Shown: positions 39,623 to 51,704, counted from the stretch's first letter. The stretch: 64,000 bases of DNA from Thermoplasmata archaeon (GCA_038852105.1 JAWCKK010000003.1:68819-132818); one strand, 5' to 3'. Notes: generated by a model from the sequence alone, not told the origin. Numbers and translations: made by a program.

Positions 39623-41059
39623 TCACAAATATCTTCTTAGGATGTAGGGGATTTTCTCGGCCACATCGGTCGCAAGCAACCCATAGCCTTTCTCCTGGAA
39701 CGCGAGATCCCCGGCGGCGCCGTTGAGAAAAACAGCCAACCTCGCGGCATGGAATGGCTCCATCCCCTTTGACAAAAGGCATCCGCATATCCCTGAGAGC
39801 ACATCCCCAGTGCCTCCTACGGTCATGGCCTCGTTTCCTGTCTTATTCTTCGTGACTGTCTTCCCATCGGACACGAGGTCTATGCGCCCCTTCACGATGA
39901 TGATGCTGTCCATCTTCCTGGCTGCCTGGCAAACCTGCTCGCCTCTTCTCTCGAGATCCTCGGACAAACGCATCCCAGTGAGTCTTTCGAACTCTCCTTT
40001 ATGAGGCGTGAGCACAACGCTCTTGCCCCTGATAATCCGGGGATTCGCCTTGACAGCATCGAGGGCATCGGCATCTATGACCATCGGGAGCGGACATTGT
40101 CTGATCAATTCCGAAGCTGCATTTCTGCTCTGGTTATCATCGCCCATGCCGGGCCCGATAACCATTGCGTCGCTCTTCTTCCAGAGGTTCTTGATCTTAT
40201 CAATGTCCTGCGGCACCAAGACCTCATCGGACAACGGATGAACAATCAGATTCGGTGAATAACAAGCGACAGGGATTGCGACATGTTTCGGGACGGCGAT
40301 GTGCGCGAGATCGGCACCTGCATACATAGCTCCCATGCCTGCGAGCGCGGGTGCTCCCGTGAACGGCCCTCCTCCAACGACAAGAATCCTGCCATTGTCT
40401 CCCTTGTGAGAGTCCTGTTCTGGCTTGGGGTAATACACGAACTCACCGGGGCCAACATGAGTCTCAGCCTCCGGCGGAATGCCGATGTCTGCGACCACAA
40501 GCTTTCCGCATTTCGCCTTTTCCATACCGATTTTCGGTGCGTGGAAAGTCACAGTCATACGCGCTCGGACCGAGGGTTCTTCAGGCCATCCAGAGGGTAC
40601 GTCCACCGATACGATCGGCTTTCGCGCCTGATTCATTCTCTTGATGAGACTCCTATACGGTTCTCTTATCTTGCCCCTGACGCCCACTCCCAGAAGTGCA
40701 TCAACTATTACATCCCACTCGTTCGGCCTGAACTCCGATGCTGGTCGAGAAAGGTTTCTGACTTTCTCGAAGTTCAATTTCGCTATCTCGGTAGAAATCT
40801 CCTGCTCTGGCTCGGCGATGAAGACAGCCACATCAAGGCCCTCTGAGGCGAGGTGTCTGGCAGCGACGAATCCATCTCCACCATTGTTTCCCCGCCCGCA
40901 CACCACGGCTATCTTGGACGCCCCCTTGAACTCTCGCCGGAGGTTTCTTGCGACCGCGATACCCGCGTTCTCCATCAATTTCAATGTTGGGACTCCGAGG
41001 TATGCGGAGTTGGTGTCTAATACTTTCACTTCATCCGTCGATATTGCTCTTTTCGCCAC
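39623..41059 (-). CDS. nnr: Bifunctional NAD(P)HX epimerase/dehydratase
   Basis: LMENAG, GNNGGDG, SHKGDNG, IDADAL, TPHKGEF, GGTGDVL. Confidence 0.95.
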   Translation of the reverse strand: MAKRAISTDEVKVLDTNSAYLGVPTLKLMENAGIAVARNLRREFKGASKIAVVCGRGNNGGDGFVAARHLASEGLDVAVFIAEPEQEISTEIAKLNFEKVRNLSRPASEFRPNEWDVIVDALLGVGVRGKIREPYRSLIKRMNQARKPIVSVDVPSGWPEEPSVRARMTVTFHAPKIGMEKAKCGKLVVADIGIPPEAETHVGPGEFVYYPKPEQDSHKGDNGRILVVGGGPFTGAPALAGMGAMYAGADLAHIAVPKHVAIPVACYSPNLIVHPLSDEVLVPQDIDKIKNLWKKSDAMVIGPGMGDDNQSRNAASELIRQCPLPMVIDADALDAVKANPRIIRGKSVVLTPHKGEFERLTGMRLSEDLERRGEQVCQAARKMDSIIIVKGRIDLVSDGKTVTKNKTGNEAMTVGGTGDVLSGICGCLLSKGMEPFHAARLAVFLNGAAGDLAFQEKGYGLLATDVAEKIPYILRRYL

Positions 41060-41200
41060 GGAACTCGGAATCAGGGTGAGCGGACTTAAACCTTTCTTGA
41101 TGTTACTGGCTCTAATATTTATTGTTATTTATCGAAATCCGAGCCGAAAAGTTGAATAGGCAAGACCGTTCTCAGAATACAGGGCAGGTGCGACGGAAGA

Positions 41201-41494
41201 GTGACTGAAATCAAGCGATTGGTTCTTGACGTGCTCAAGCCTCATCACCCGACTGTTATCGAGCTTTCCCGGAGACTGAGTGATTTGAAGGGGATATCCG
41301 GGGTTACCTGCACTTTGCAGGAAGTCGACCGCGAGACCGAGAGCATCAAGCTTACAATAGAGGGTCTGAACATCGAGGTCGATAAGGTCGAGGAGATTGT
41401 GGCTGAATGCGGGGCCGTGATTCATTCCATCGATAGCGTCTCCGCGGGCAAGAAAATCGTGGAAGAAGTCGAGACTCCTCAAGATCACTATTGA
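41201..41494 (+). CDS. DUF211 family protein
   Basis: IKRLVLDVLKPH, G.VIHSID. Confidence 0.85.
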   Translation: MTEIKRLVLDVLKPHHPTVIELSRRLSDLKGISGVTCTLQEVDRETESIKLTIEGLNIEVDKVEEIVAECGAVIHSIDSVSAGKKIVEEVETPQDHY

Positions 41495-41523
41495 CGCTCA
41501 GACAACCGGACGATGTCGAAGCC

Positions 41524-41814
41524 TCATTTCTTCAATCGGCTTCCGATGGCCTCTATCAGCTCGGATTTCGGCATGTCCGTGGCGACAAGTATCCTGCCTT
41601 CGCTCTCCCACCAGCGAGCCGGATGCTTCTTGTCCCTCTCGATTTCGAACTTCAAGTTCATCGATCTGAGGACCTGAGATATCCGCTCCAAGTCAGGTTT
41701 CTCGATGCAGCATGACTTCTTGATTCTTCTGCCATTGTCTCTGGACAAGCGAGAATCGAAATAAGATGGCCAAATGACCTTCCGCTTATCCCGCTCACGG
41801 GCCAGATCAATCAC
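41524..41814 (-). CDS. srp19: Signal recognition particle protein SRP19
   Basis: VIWPSYFD..LSR..GRR, KKHP..WW..GR. Confidence 0.92.
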   Translation of the reverse strand: MIDLARERDKRKVIWPSYFDSRLSRDNGRRIKKSCCIEKPDLERISQVLRSMNLKFEIERDKKHPARWWESEGRILVATDMPKSELIEAIGSRLKK

Positions 41815-41851
41815 CCTCTCGCAAGCATCGAGGTGGTATCAGGCAATCTCT

Positions 41852-42241
41852 TCATTTTTTCTTGCTGATGAGCCTGGCGTTTACTATGCCGTCTTGCCCG
41901 GGTCGAGATGTGACCAAAGCATCGCCCAGGTCAGTACCTATGACAGCGCTCTTAGTAATGATGTTGCGCTGTACATAGTTCGGGTTCGACGGGTTCTCCT
42001 TCACTGTAAGTATCTTTGCCTTCACTGTCTTCTTCTCGTCGGGGATGTAGAGATTGCAGATACTTGCGGCCAAAACCCTGCTCTTGACATGCCCTCCGCG
42101 TATCCTGTGAGGAAGCGTCTTCTGTTCGCCCAGATTGGTGAGCTGTTTCTCCCCGCCTATCTCGGACCTCCTCTTCCCTCTCGCCGGACGTATTCTGCCG
42201 CCGGTGATTTTCCTGTTGGAGTTGCCTTGCCAAAGCGCCAT
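41852..42241 (-). CDS. rps8e: 30S ribosomal protein eS8
   Basis: WQG.S.RK.TGG, NIITK, TSRPGQDG. Confidence 0.96.
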   Translation of the reverse strand: MALWQGNSNRKITGGRIRPARGKRRSEIGGEKQLTNLGEQKTLPHRIRGGHVKSRVLAASICNLYIPDEKKTVKAKILTVKENPSNPNYVQRNIITKSAVIGTDLGDALVTSRPGQDGIVNARLISKKK

Positions 42242-42282
42242 TGCCTTCTCTCCGCTTGGAGCGGTCTAAAACTGGCTTGATA

Positions 42283-42936
42283 TTAAAGGTTTTGCCGGAA
42301 TCCGCGGATGTCCGTTATCCTCGCCTCGATCTTTCCGTCGATATCCGCCAGGATGCAGAAGCCATCCTTAAGTGTGCCCGGGTTGATAAAAATCGTCCCG
42401 TCCTTCTCGACGATTCCGCGCGCCTCATGGACGTGCCCAGAGGCAACGAGCCTTGGATGATGCTTCGAGACCAGCTTCGCGATGGCTCTGCTCCCCAATC
42501 TTTTTCCGCTGCGGGTCAGGTCATTTATTCCGTAGGGCGGCGCGTGTGTTACGAGTATGCAATCATCCACAATTACGCGCGAAAGCTCCTGTTCTATGTC
42601 TGCTTCGGACATTTCAAGAGGGGTGGACATGCTGCAAACCGGTGCTCCGCCGATTCCGACGAAATCCACGCCGTCAATAGGGACGCGTCTAAGATGTAAC
42701 GATATGCAATTACTTTCTATCGCCCTGGCAACATCCTCAGGATCGCAGTTGCCCGGGATCGCAGCACATCTGGTGTTCAGGTTCCTCAAGATTGTGCTCG
42801 CCGCAGACGCGGGTCCGAAAGTCGTGATATCGCCGCAGATCACTATCAGGTCCAATTTCATGTTCGAGTCGATACACTCGAGATACCTCACCGCGGATTG
42901 GTCGCCATGAATATCAGATACAAAGCAGACTTTCAT
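42283..42936 (-). CDS. Icc-like metallophosphoesterase
   Basis: SDIHG, GDIT, GNCD, THAPP, GHVHE, NPG. Confidence 0.88.
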   Translation of the reverse strand: MKVCFVSDIHGDQSAVRYLECIDSNMKLDLIVICGDITTFGPASAASTILRNLNTRCAAIPGNCDPEDVARAIESNCISLHLRRVPIDGVDFVGIGGAPVCSMSTPLEMSEADIEQELSRVIVDDCILVTHAPPYGINDLTRSGKRLGSRAIAKLVSKHHPRLVASGHVHEARGIVEKDGTIFINPGTLKDGFCILADIDGKIEARITDIRGFRQNL

Positions 42937-42948
42937 ACCGATTGCTCC

Positions 42949-43866
42949 TTAGATTATCCAGGATGCATCAAGGCCAAAGATGAGCAGGTATCCTATAAGG
43001 AAGCCTATTATCGTCCCAGCGTTCAACAATGGCAAGCCTGCCTGAGGCTTCCCCCTCATGACTATCCCCATGAGAACGAGAAGGCCGATGACTCCGCCAA
43101 TTATTGCCATCATGGCTACCACAAGGTTCGCAGGCAAGCCTATCGCAGTCATGTTATCGCCTAGGAACCAAAATGCGGATGCAGGCAATAGCCCGGGTAT
43201 GATGATATCCCCGAGACCCACCAGGAACGCCTCTCGTTCCTTTTTCCCGCCTTCCTGAATCTTTGGCTTATTATCAATGAACGAGTAAGGGAGCTTTTTC
43301 GGGATAATGAGGAGCAGCGGAAGACCCATATCGACAACGCCGTCTGCGAGCTTCAACATATGCTTAGTCTTGTATACTGATAGCGCGTCATAGATGGCCA
43401 ACGCGATCAGCAGGATAAGAACTGGCAAAATTCCCAAGGAAATCCCGAGCAGGGCGACGATTCCCACGGCCATTACGAGTCCGATCGTGTCAATCAGATA
43501 CCATTCGGGCTTCTTGTAGAGCGCTGCTACAGAAGCGATCCCAAATACGAGACCAAGAATCATCCACATATCCGGGTTGTCGATTACCAATCTGGCCAAG
43601 ACAGTTGTGACGAAGAATATGACGAACCCAATCGAGACGAAAAAGATGGCTTTGAGCAATTTCTCGAGGTCGAACTTGATCAGTATGAGGAACAGTAATG
43701 TGAATCCGAGCAATAGCAGCAGATAATAGACGGCTATCCAGGGGTCGTCGGGATTTGGAAATGCCTGATCTGCAGTGGTGAGCGCGATTGACATGAATAA
43801 CAGTGACAATAACTGGACGGCGACGAACGCGGCTGCGATAACCAAAATGCTCTTAGGATATTTCAT
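42949..43866 (-). CDS. Presenilin-like intramembrane aspartyl protease (PSH)
   Basis: About 9 TM; YD (IYDALSVYKTKHM), GLGD, PQAGLP. Confidence 0.92.
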   Translation of the reverse strand: MKYPKSILVIAAAFVAVQLLSLLFMSIALTTADQAFPNPDDPWIAVYYLLLLLGFTLLFLILIKFDLEKLLKAIFFVSIGFVIFFVTTVLARLVIDNPDMWMILGLVFGIASVAALYKKPEWYLIDTIGLVMAVGIVALLGISLGILPVLILLIALAIYDALSVYKTKHMLKLADGVVDMGLPLLLIIPKKLPYSFIDNKPKIQEGGKKEREAFLVGLGDIIIPGLLPASAFWFLGDNMTAIGLPANLVVAMMAIIGGVIGLLVLMGIVMRGKPQAGLPLLNAGTIIGFLIGYLLIFGLDASWII

Positions 43867-43884
43867 GCTGTCACTACGAGTTCT

Positions 43885-44508
43885 TCATGCGACGACCGTT
43901 CCGAAGGCCGTCTTGCCGGAGATTTTCACGATCTTCACCTTGACCTGTATGCCCTTCGTCGTGCCAGGAACGTAAATAATATAATCCCCGTTCCTAGCGA
44001 TCCCGTCTCCCCTTTTCCCGATATCCTCTATCTGAAGCTCGTATATCTCTCCTTCCTTGAGTTCGGATGTCTCCTGTTTGCCGGCCTTCCTGACTCTGAC
44101 GGGCCTGTGCGCGCCACAGGTCTCGCAGACGAGAATCTGAACCCTGCCGTCTTTGACAATCCTTGTATCTGGCCTGTCGCACTCGGTGCATATGACATAC
44201 TCATCGATGTATCTCTGGAGCCTGTCGGCTATCTGCGAAACAGGGACGCTGCCTTTCAACAAGACCCTCTTTCCGTCAATCGTCCCGGCGGTCCCGAGCT
44301 CCCTCAGGAGGTAGCCGAACATGTGTTGGGGCTCTCTCCTGATGATGTCCGCGATATCTCCGAAGTTCCTTATCACGGTCGTCTTGCCTTCGAGAAGAAC
44401 GTCTGGTTCCGGGATTTTGAGCCGTTCGTGCACCTCTGTCTCGTGCGGCAGTTTCTCCTTCGCGCGGTCGAGGAGTTTGGCATAATCCTTCAAATCGTCC
44501 TCTGCCAT
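43885..44508 (-). CDS. eif2b: Translation initiation factor aIF2 beta with C-terminal TRAM domain
   Basis: ELGTAG, YVICTECDRPDT, CETCGA, then IEDIGKRGDGIA. Confidence 0.93.
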   Translation of the reverse strand: MAEDDLKDYAKLLDRAKEKLPHETEVHERLKIPEPDVLLEGKTTVIRNFGDIADIIRREPQHMFGYLLRELGTAGTIDGKRVLLKGSVPVSQIADRLQRYIDEYVICTECDRPDTRIVKDGRVQILVCETCGAHRPVRVRKAGKQETSELKEGEIYELQIEDIGKRGDGIARNGDYIIYVPGTTKGIQVKVKIVKISGKTAFGTVVA

Positions 44509-44710
44509 ATATTCGAGCCTATGCCGAGCACCCTTATAAAATCTGCCAAGGTCCGTCCATCTCAAGTCATGTGGCGGAAGCTGCGACGCCTCGAAAATTG
44601 CATGATTCTCCGATTCGATTTCGGATTGAATCCTCCATGTGAAAATTTTAATCCGATTAGAATGATAGGGCTAACCTCAGTATAGTTTCTTAATCGAGGA
44701 CTGAACGAAG

Positions 44711-47700
44711 TTGGTCAGCAGGATCAAGAACGGCTCGAGCATCGAACGTGCGCACGAATCGAACGATTCCCCAAAGTCAGATTCCATGATGGATAAAGAA
44801 CGCGATCTTGTCATAATAGGCAACTCATCCTTTCAGATAGAGTCCATAAATGCGCCCGCATTGGAATTGCTCGGGGAGATAGTGGGAAGGGAATGCTACT
44901 CGGCACTCAGGGGACGGACCTCTCCGTGCGAAGATTGCCCGTTCTCGGCTGCACACGTTTCGGATCGCAATTATTCCCTCGTCTACAGCCTGAGGCTTCC
45001 GGGCGACTCGAATATCTGTTTCACAGAGGTCATCATATCCGCTGACCCTCTTCGATGGGTCGCGATAGGCAGAAAGGAATCCCCAAGAAGAGAAGAACCG
45101 ATTTCCTTATCGGAGTTATCGTCGTCGTTCGATGCAATGGGAGACGGTGTTTGCCTGCTCGATCCCACTGGGAAGATTATCGATTCTAACGCCGCACTCA
45201 ATAGAATCTATGGCTTTTCCGAAGGGGAGATAATCGGCGCGGATTTCACATTGCTACTGCCAGAGGAGCGGCGTTCGAAGCTGTTCATCGAGCTTTCCAA
45301 CGAATTGAAGAACGGCCGAACCGAGCGGGTCATGCTCGCGCGCAGGAAGGACAATAGCGAATTCTGGGCATGGCTGAAAATCGCACAGGTCAGGAGCCGA
45401 GAGGGCACCCTTCTGGGATATCTTGGCACGGTCAGAGATATCACCAATTTCCAGATGAACCGGATACAGCTCGAAGACGAGGTCGTACGGCTGGAAAAAC
45501 AACTTGAGAACGGGATGCTCGAATTGACGAAGAGGATGGACCAGCTGAGGATATTGCAGGAGCTCGGGAAAAGAGTGGCTCTAAGCAAGAACGAGGAGGA
45601 GATAGCCAGCAGCGCGGCTCATGCGATAGTCGACACTTTGAATTACACTGCGGCAGGGATAGTCTTCATGTCCGGATCTCCCGACAAGAGGACTTTCCAG
45701 TTGCTCGGAAGCCACGCGAGAATAGCGCCCGGAAAGTACGGCAAGCGGATAAACGAACAACCCATCCTGAAAGCGATAAAGAGCAAGGCCCCAGTTATAG
45801 AACGCTATCCGCGGGACGTGCTTTCGGTCGGTGCGCTGGCAAGGTCAGAGCTGGTCGTCCCATTGATAAGCCAGGATAGAATCTTCGGAGCGATTGTGAT
45901 AGCAGATGCCAAGGAGGACAGGTTCAACCCGGACGACGTATCAATAGCATCCTCCGTGGCAGATATCGTATCGATTTCCTTGACGAACACGGTGACAAAC
46001 CGTCAGCTTCAGGACAGGACGCAAGCGCTGAACCTGCTGGACGAGGTGACTCTGCAAGCGATATCAACGATGGATGTCGGCGGGATATTGTCCGAGACCG
46101 CTCAACGGATAAACAGGATCCTGGGAACGCAATCCTGCCTTATCGGGATGGTGTCCTCTGATGGTGGCGTCGATTGGATGGCCATAGAGGGAGCGGAGGA
46201 ATTCGCGGACGAGCTGAGGCGCAGAAGGTATCACGACGACTATATGAAAAGGATAATCGAGGCCGGCTCGGTCTTCTATACGAACGACTATTCGTTCAAG
46301 CCGAGCCCTCTGATTCAGGACAGCCTGAGCCTGTTGATCAATTCTTTTCTCGTCTCCCCTATCCGTTTAATGGGCGCAACGATTGGCGTTATCGTCCTGA
46401 TAAACAAACAATCCCCGTCAGGATTCACCGATCAGGACGCCTCGCTGGTCCAGAACTTTTCGGATCATCTCGCCGTCCTGATACACAACGCTGAGACAAT
46501 GGCCTCCTTGAATTACTCGCTCAGGACAATGAAATCCCTTCTCAGGACGACCTTCGATCTTCAGGTGGCCGCAGGTGTCTCAGATATCTATCAGAAGGTC
46601 TCCGACATGCTCCTCGAGGTCGTGCCGTACGATGCCGCGCGCTTCTACGCAATTCGGGAGGAGGGATTGAAGGCGGTCCTGAGCAGGAATCTGGGGGAGA
46701 AAATCGAGCTCTCCATCGCTGAGGATCGCGTGCTCGATTCAGTCGCAAAGGCCCTGACAGAACTGAGAGGCTTCCGGGAGACGCATTCCGTCAAGAAATC
46801 GGAAAGCGAGCAAGAACAGATGATATCGATTCTGACAATACCATTGATTGGCAGGGAGGATGCGATTGGCGCCATTGTCATCGCGAGATCCGCCGAGAAG
46901 GGCTTCTCGGACCAGGACATAGAGGTTGCAACGCTTTTCGCGAACCACGCGGCAATAGCTCTCGAGAATGCCAGGTTGCTGGCGAAGGAGAAGGAGATGC
47001 TCAACGAAAGTCTGGCAAGGATCCGGCATCTTGAAAGCATCCTCGACCTGAGCACATCGGTCATTTCGATGGGGCGCGGTGGAGGAGCCGTAAACCGGAT
47101 TCTATCTGGAGTCTCATCCATATTAGGCTTCTCAAAGTGCCTAATACTCTCTAAGACCGAGCATGGCGACGACATGGTTTGCTCCGGAAGCATCGGATTC
47201 GGCGAGACGGAAAGCAGGAAAATATGCGAGCCCAGTTTCTCGACGAAAGATATGATCCGTTTGCTGGAGAATCTCGGTACGCGCCTGGGCGACAGGGTAT
47301 ATCATATCTCGGGCACACCGACGGCGGATCCGATGAAGGACGAATCCTCGGTCCAGTTCGCGTACAAGGCGTTCCGCGAGCTGATGATATCTTCGTCGGT
47401 CGAGAAGTTCTTCTATCGGATGGACGACGCCAATGGGAATATGAACGGCGTTATGATTTTCACCGAAGGGCCGGAGGGCATAGCGAACTCGAAAGGAATG
47501 ATAGGATTGCTGGAAATATACGGCAATCTTGCCTCGATTGCGATGAGCAATGAGCGTTTGCTGAACGGGGAAATCAGAGCTCGGTCGGAGATAGAGGCGT
47601 TGAATGATCTCATGACGCACGATATCAACAACTTCACGCAAGGAGTGCTCGGTTATCTCGAGATAATCTCGATGGCCGGGGAGTCGGACGATAAAATCAA

Positions 47701-48442
47701 AGATTATTCCGCGAAGGCTATCGAACAGGTCGAGAACACGAAGCACCTAATCGAGAACGTCCGAAGGCTGGCAGAGATAAGGGCATCCGGTAGCGAAGGA
47801 GTCGCGAGCCACGATATCGCGGCAGTAATCGATGCCTCGCTCCAGAACATCAAGAGCGAGTATCCGAACAAGATTGTCAAGTTCAACTCCGATGTCACCT
47901 ACGGGAAGATATTCATCCCCGGAGACAAGCACGTGAAGGATCTCTTCTCGAACTTGTTCTCGAATGCAATCAAGTTCACCCCATCTGCCGAAGTGATCAT
48001 CGACCTGAATGTCTCCAGCCATTCTGAATTCGGCAAGGACTACTGGCGCATAGAGATAATCGACCATGGGCGTGGCATTCCCGACGAAAAGAAGCAGAAA
48101 GTGCTTGAAAGGTTCAGCTCGACGGGAAAGGACGAGGCTCGACCTTACGGTTTCGGCATTGGCCTCACAATCGTAAAGAACTTGGTGATAAAATACGGCG
48201 GCCGGATATGGATCGAGAACCGCGTTTCTTCCGATTACCGGAAAGGCACGAAATTCGTCCTGCTGCTACCAAAGGCAAAGCCTCTGATTGAAGAACAGAA
48301 AACCCCTCAAAAGGAGCCTGTCAGGAAGAGTGTCAAGACGAGGAAGATGAAGCAGAGACCAGTGGTCTCTAAGGAGCCCTCTTTCCAGCGTGTGCTACGG
48401 CAGCCTCGACAAGGCCGAAGTGGAGGCGAGAAGGCTTCCTAG
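44711..48442 (+). CDS. Multi-sensor PAS/GAF histidine kinase
   Basis: PAS domains, three or more GAF domains, H-box [25 protein letters not shown]; start uncertain. Confidence 0.9.
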   Translation: MVSRIKNGSSIERAHESNDSPKSDSMMDKERDLVIIGNSSFQIESINAPALELLGEIVGRECYSALRGRTSPCEDCPFSAAHVSDRNYSLVYSLRLPGDSNICFTEVIISADPLRWVAIGRKESPRREEPISLSELSSSFDAMGDGVCLLDPTGKIIDSNAALNRIYGFSEGEIIGADFTLLLPEERRSKLFIELSNELKNGRTERVMLARRKDNSEFWAWLKIAQVRSREGTLLGYLGTVRDITNFQMNRIQLEDEVVRLEKQLENGMLELTKRMDQLRILQELGKRVALSKNEEEIASSAAHAIVDTLNYTAAGIVFMSGSPDKRTFQLLGSHARIAPGKYGKRINEQPILKAIKSKAPVIERYPRDVLSVGALARSELVVPLISQDRIFGAIVIADAKEDRFNPDDVSIASSVADIVSISLTNTVTNRQLQDRTQALNLLDEVTLQAISTMDVGGILSETAQRINRILGTQSCLIGMVSSDGGVDWMAIEGAEEFADELRRRRYHDDYMKRIIEAGSVFYTNDYSFKPSPLIQDSLSLLINSFLVSPIRLMGATIGVIVLINKQSPSGFTDQDASLVQNFSDHLAVLIHNAETMASLNYSLRTMKSLLRTTFDLQVAAGVSDIYQKVSDMLLEVVPYDAARFYAIREEGLKAVLSRNLGEKIELSIAEDRVLDSVAKALTELRGFRETHSVKKSESEQEQMISILTIPLIGREDAIGAIVIARSAEKGFSDQDIEVATLFANHAAIALENARLLAKEKEMLNESLARIRHLESILDLSTSVISMGRGGGAVNRILSGVSSILGFSKCLILSKTEHGDDMVCSGSIGFGETESRKICEPSFSTKDMIRLLENLGTRLGDRVYHISGTPTADPMKDESSVQFAYKAFRELMISSSVEKFFYRMDDANGNMNGVMIFTEGPEGIANSKGMIGLLEIYGNLASIAMSNERLLNGEIRARSEIEALNDLMTHDINNFTQGVLGYLEIISMAGESDDKIKDYSAKAIEQVENTKHLIENVRRLAEIRASGSEGVASHDIAAVIDASLQNIKSEYPNKIVKFNSDVTYGKIFIPGDKHVKDLFSNLFSNAIKFTPSAEVIIDLNVSSHSEFGKDYWRIEIIDHGRGIPDEKKQKVLERFSSTGKDEARPYGFGIGLTIVKNLVIKYGGRIWIENRVSSDYRKGTKFVLLLPKAKPLIEEQKTPQKEPVRKSVKTRKMKQRPVVSKEPSFQRVLRQPRQGRSGGEKAS

Positions 48443-49985
48443 GCCTGGACTTGAATTCCGGGTGGAATTGCGATGCGACGAAGAACGTCTTCTCCGGTAT
48501 CTCCAAAATTTCCATTCTCCTTCCGTCCGGGGACCTGCCCGTGTATTTCAAACCGGCCTCCTCGATTTTCTCGATGTAATCCGGATTGATTTCGTACCTG
48601 TGCCGATGTCTTTCGGAAATCTCCGTGACCCCGTAGAGTCTGTGCGCGGTCGTTCCCGATTGAATCATCACGGGCTGTGCTCCGAGCCTCATCGTGGCGC
48701 CCTTCCTTTCGAGCCCTCTCTGCTCGGGCAGCAGATCGACAACAGGATAAGGTGTGTTGGGGTCGAACTCCGTGCTGTTCGCGCCGTCGAATCCTAATAC
48801 ATTCCTGCAGAACTCGATAGTGGCGATTTGAAATCCCAGGCAGACACCAAGGAACGGTATATCGTTCTCCCTTGCGTATCTGGCAGCAAGTATTTTCCCC
48901 TCAATGCCTCTTGAGCCGAATCCTCCAGGTATTAGAATTCCATCTACTCTGTTTAATTTCTCGATCTGCTCTCCTCTTTCGAGATCCTCCGATTCTATGC
49001 ATTCGAATCTTATCGCCGTATCGAGTTCCGCCGCAGCGTGTTTCAGAGCTTCGAAATGGCTGATGTACGAGTCCATCAGATCCATGTATTTCCCGACCAG
49101 ACAAATGGTCACGGACTTCGATGGGCTCTTCAAGCGCGACAGGAAATCCTTCCAGTCTGCGAGACCGCCGTCGGGCGGTGATAGGTTCATCTTCTTCAGT
49201 AGGTACGTCGTCATATTCTGCTCTTCGAACAGGACCGGGACCTCGTATATCGTCTTCGCATTCGGAGCGCTTATTACTGCTTCAAGAGGCACATCGCAGA
49301 ACAGCGAAATCTTCTTCCGCGTCGCGGGTTCCAATGGTTTTTCCGCCCTTGCCACGATGATATCAGGCTGCACGCCCAGCGCACGAAGCTCCTTGACGGA
49401 GTGCTGCGTAGGCTTCGTCTTCTGCTCCCCCACGGCGCTGACAATCGGCACGAGCGTCGTGTGCACGAATATGCAGTTCTCGTCGCCGACTTCGCTATGG
49501 AGTTGTCTTATCGCCTCGACGTAAGGCATTGACTCGATGTCACCGATGGTGCCTCCGAGCTCGACGAGGCATACATCCGCCCCGGATTGATGCGCGACGC
49601 TCCTGATCCTGTCCTTTATCTCATTCGTGATGTGCGGGATGATTTGAACCGTCTTGCCAAGGAAATGCCCGATCCTTTCCTTTTCAATCACAGCACCGTA
49701 TATCTTGCCCGTGGTAATGTTATGATCTCGTGTCAGGCTTACATCCAGAAATCTCTCGTAATGTCCGAGATCGAGGTCGACCTCTCCGCCGTCATCCAGA
49801 ACAAAAACTTCGCCGTGTTCGAAAGGATTCAATGTGCCGGCATCGAAGTTCAAATACGGGTCTATTTTGATGGCTGTGACATTCAATCCTCGCGATTTCA
49901 ACAGCCTGCCAATGGAAGATGCCGTTATCCCCTTCCCGAGCCCAGAAATGACGCCTCCCGTGACAATGATGTATTTCATGTACAT
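48369..49985 (-). CDS. pyrG: CTP synthase
   Basis: [39 protein letters not shown]. Confidence 0.97.
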   Translation of the reverse strand: MYMKYIIVTGGVISGLGKGITASSIGRLLKSRGLNVTAIKIDPYLNFDAGTLNPFEHGEVFVLDDGGEVDLDLGHYERFLDVSLTRDHNITTGKIYGAVIEKERIGHFLGKTVQIIPHITNEIKDRIRSVAHQSGADVCLVELGGTIGDIESMPYVEAIRQLHSEVGDENCIFVHTTLVPIVSAVGEQKTKPTQHSVKELRALGVQPDIIVARAEKPLEPATRKKISLFCDVPLEAVISAPNAKTIYEVPVLFEEQNMTTYLLKKMNLSPPDGGLADWKDFLSRLKSPSKSVTICLVGKYMDLMDSYISHFEALKHAAAELDTAIRFECIESEDLERGEQIEKLNRVDGILIPGGFGSRGIEGKILAARYARENDIPFLGVCLGFQIATIEFCRNVLGFDGANSTEFDPNTPYPVVDLLPEQRGLERKGATMRLGAQPVMIQSGTTAHRLYGVTEISERHRHRYEINPDYIEKIEEAGLKYTGRSPDGRRMEILEIPEKTFFVASQFHPEFKSRPRKPSRLHFGLVEAAVAHAGKRAP

Positions 49986-50144
49986 CCCACGGGGATTTCA
50001 CAATACGCTTTCGTTGTATAAATCTTTGGTATGCAAAGTGTGGCGATGAATAGGAATTTTAATCTATCACATAATTGAATTCAATTCTGGAAAAAGTCAA
50101 CCTTGAGCGATTCCTTTGGATTGATTCAAGGAGGATTGAATAAA

Positions 50145-51509
50145 ATGAATGGAAGGGAAAAAAAGAGTAAAATCGTGGCAGGGGTAGCGGTTGCACTGAT
50201 GTGCTTGCTAGCTTTGTCAGTGCTTTCACCGACCGTAGAAGCCGCTTCCGCGAGTTGGACGATGTATCCTTTTTCTATGGGAGAGGGTAGAACCCAGGCG
50301 CTTGTTGCGCAGGATGAGAATGGAATCGTATACATTATGGCAGGATATAATGCCGTCCCAATGTCGGTCGATGGAAAATGCTATGCATACAACCCGGCAA
50401 CTGGATCATGGAAGAGTTTGGCTCCTTCGACTTGGTATGTTAGAGGCTCCTCGGGAGGGTTCGCCAATGATGGCAGATTGTACATGATTTCGGGATTTAG
50501 AGATTTATTACCGGGCCCATGGTATGCAACTCAGATATACAACGTCACGACGGATTCTTGGAGCCTTGGAGCGAATATCCCCATCCCCGTCTGGGAGGCC
50601 AAGAGCTTCAACACGGGCGATCACTTCTATGTGGTCGGCGGAGAGAGCACTGCCCATCCATACGAGACTGCAAACCAGATTTACAATGTTACCACGAACA
50701 CATGGTGGACGGGCGCCCCCTTACCTGTCGGCTTGACAAGTGGGGCTACGGTCACAGTAGGCGGATATGGATACTACTTTGGAGGGTTTAGCAATGGTCA
50801 TGCCGTTGACACGGTCTATCGCTACGACATAGCCAGTGACTCCTGGACACAAATGGCATCAATGCCGGCTCCCCTATGCGCTCACACCGCAATTGTCGGC
50901 CAGGATGGGCTTGTGTATGTTTTCGGCGGAGCGAACTACGCTTTGAATCAACCGCCAACAACGTACGGTGACGTTTATGTTTATAACATTGCAACCGACA
51001 GCTGGACAACGATTGACGATTTGAATGTTCCGCGTGCCTGGCTGGGATCCGCACTCTTTGACAACAAGATTCTCGCAATCGGAGGAAATGATGACACCAC
51101 GGTATTCTCAAGTGTCGAAGCATTCGACACCCTGCCGAGCCAGATTGCAATTCTCCAGGATCAGTTGACCTCGCTGCAGGGACAGCTTGCGGCGGCGAAC
51201 AACGATATTTCCAACCTTGAGGACGACATTTCTGACCTGACCGACGAGAACGCTGCTCTTAGACAGAAGATTCTCGACCTCTCGGCATTGCTGAACCAGA
51301 CAAATGAAGAGCTAGAGAATGCAATCAATGATGCGAACAATAATGCAGACAATGCAAAGGCCGCTGCGGATTCTGCAAACCTTATGGCATTGCTCGGAAT
51401 GGTGATCGGCGTTATAGCAATCTTAATTGCTATCGTCAGCATATTAGTGAGGCCCAAGAAGACAACGCCAGTCTTGATGCCTCAGCCGCCGGGTCCGCCG
51501 AGCAGCTAG
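50145..51509 (+). CDS. Secreted Kelch-repeat beta-propeller protein with coiled-coil stalk and C-terminal TM anchor (Kelch-1)
   Basis: Signal peptide ending VEA; repeated GG...Y...W Kelch units; heptads; C-terminal hydrophobic helix. Confidence 0.85.
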   Translation: MNGREKKSKIVAGVAVALMCLLALSVLSPTVEAASASWTMYPFSMGEGRTQALVAQDENGIVYIMAGYNAVPMSVDGKCYAYNPATGSWKSLAPSTWYVRGSSGGFANDGRLYMISGFRDLLPGPWYATQIYNVTTDSWSLGANIPIPVWEAKSFNTGDHFYVVGGESTAHPYETANQIYNVTTNTWWTGAPLPVGLTSGATVTVGGYGYYFGGFSNGHAVDTVYRYDIASDSWTQMASMPAPLCAHTAIVGQDGLVYVFGGANYALNQPPTTYGDVYVYNIATDSWTTIDDLNVPRAWLGSALFDNKILAIGGNDDTTVFSSVEAFDTLPSQIAILQDQLTSLQGQLAAANNDISNLEDDISDLTDENAALRQKILDLSALLNQTNEELENAINDANNNADNAKAAADSANLMALLGMVIGVIAILIAIVSILVRPKKTTPVLMPQPPGPPSS

Positions 51510-51532
51510 GGTTCCTTAAACCCAGTTATATC

Positions 51533-51580
51533 GAAGAGGTCCGAAGGATCTCTTCCAATCCTTTCCTTTTTCTTGATTAT
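51533..51580 (+). terminator. Hairpin plus T-rich tract after Kelch-1
   Basis: GAAGAGGTCC-GAA-GGATCTCTTC followed by CTTTCCTTTTTCTT. Confidence 0.5.
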
Positions 51581-51611
51581 TCTGTGCAGAGCCAAAGCTA
51601 TCAGTTGAAAC

Positions 51612-51704
51612 AGAAAAATATGTCCGTGGCGCCTGATGAGAACCCTTTAGTGCTTGCAATCCCGCCTCGGCAATCGCCTCTGGCGGTATGGTGAGGAGAG
51701 ACTT
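51612..51704 (-). repeat. Orphan copy of the 16S rRNA 3' trailer (processing-stem arm)
   Basis: 90/93 nt identical to 53625-53717. Confidence 0.92.

Noticed and set aside
51630..51700. CTGATGA in the repeat as a C/D box sRNA, or the repeat as 5S rRNA/tRNA
   Set aside because: No downstream CTGA box D and no 5S or tRNA fold; the sequence is explained by complementarity to the 16S leader
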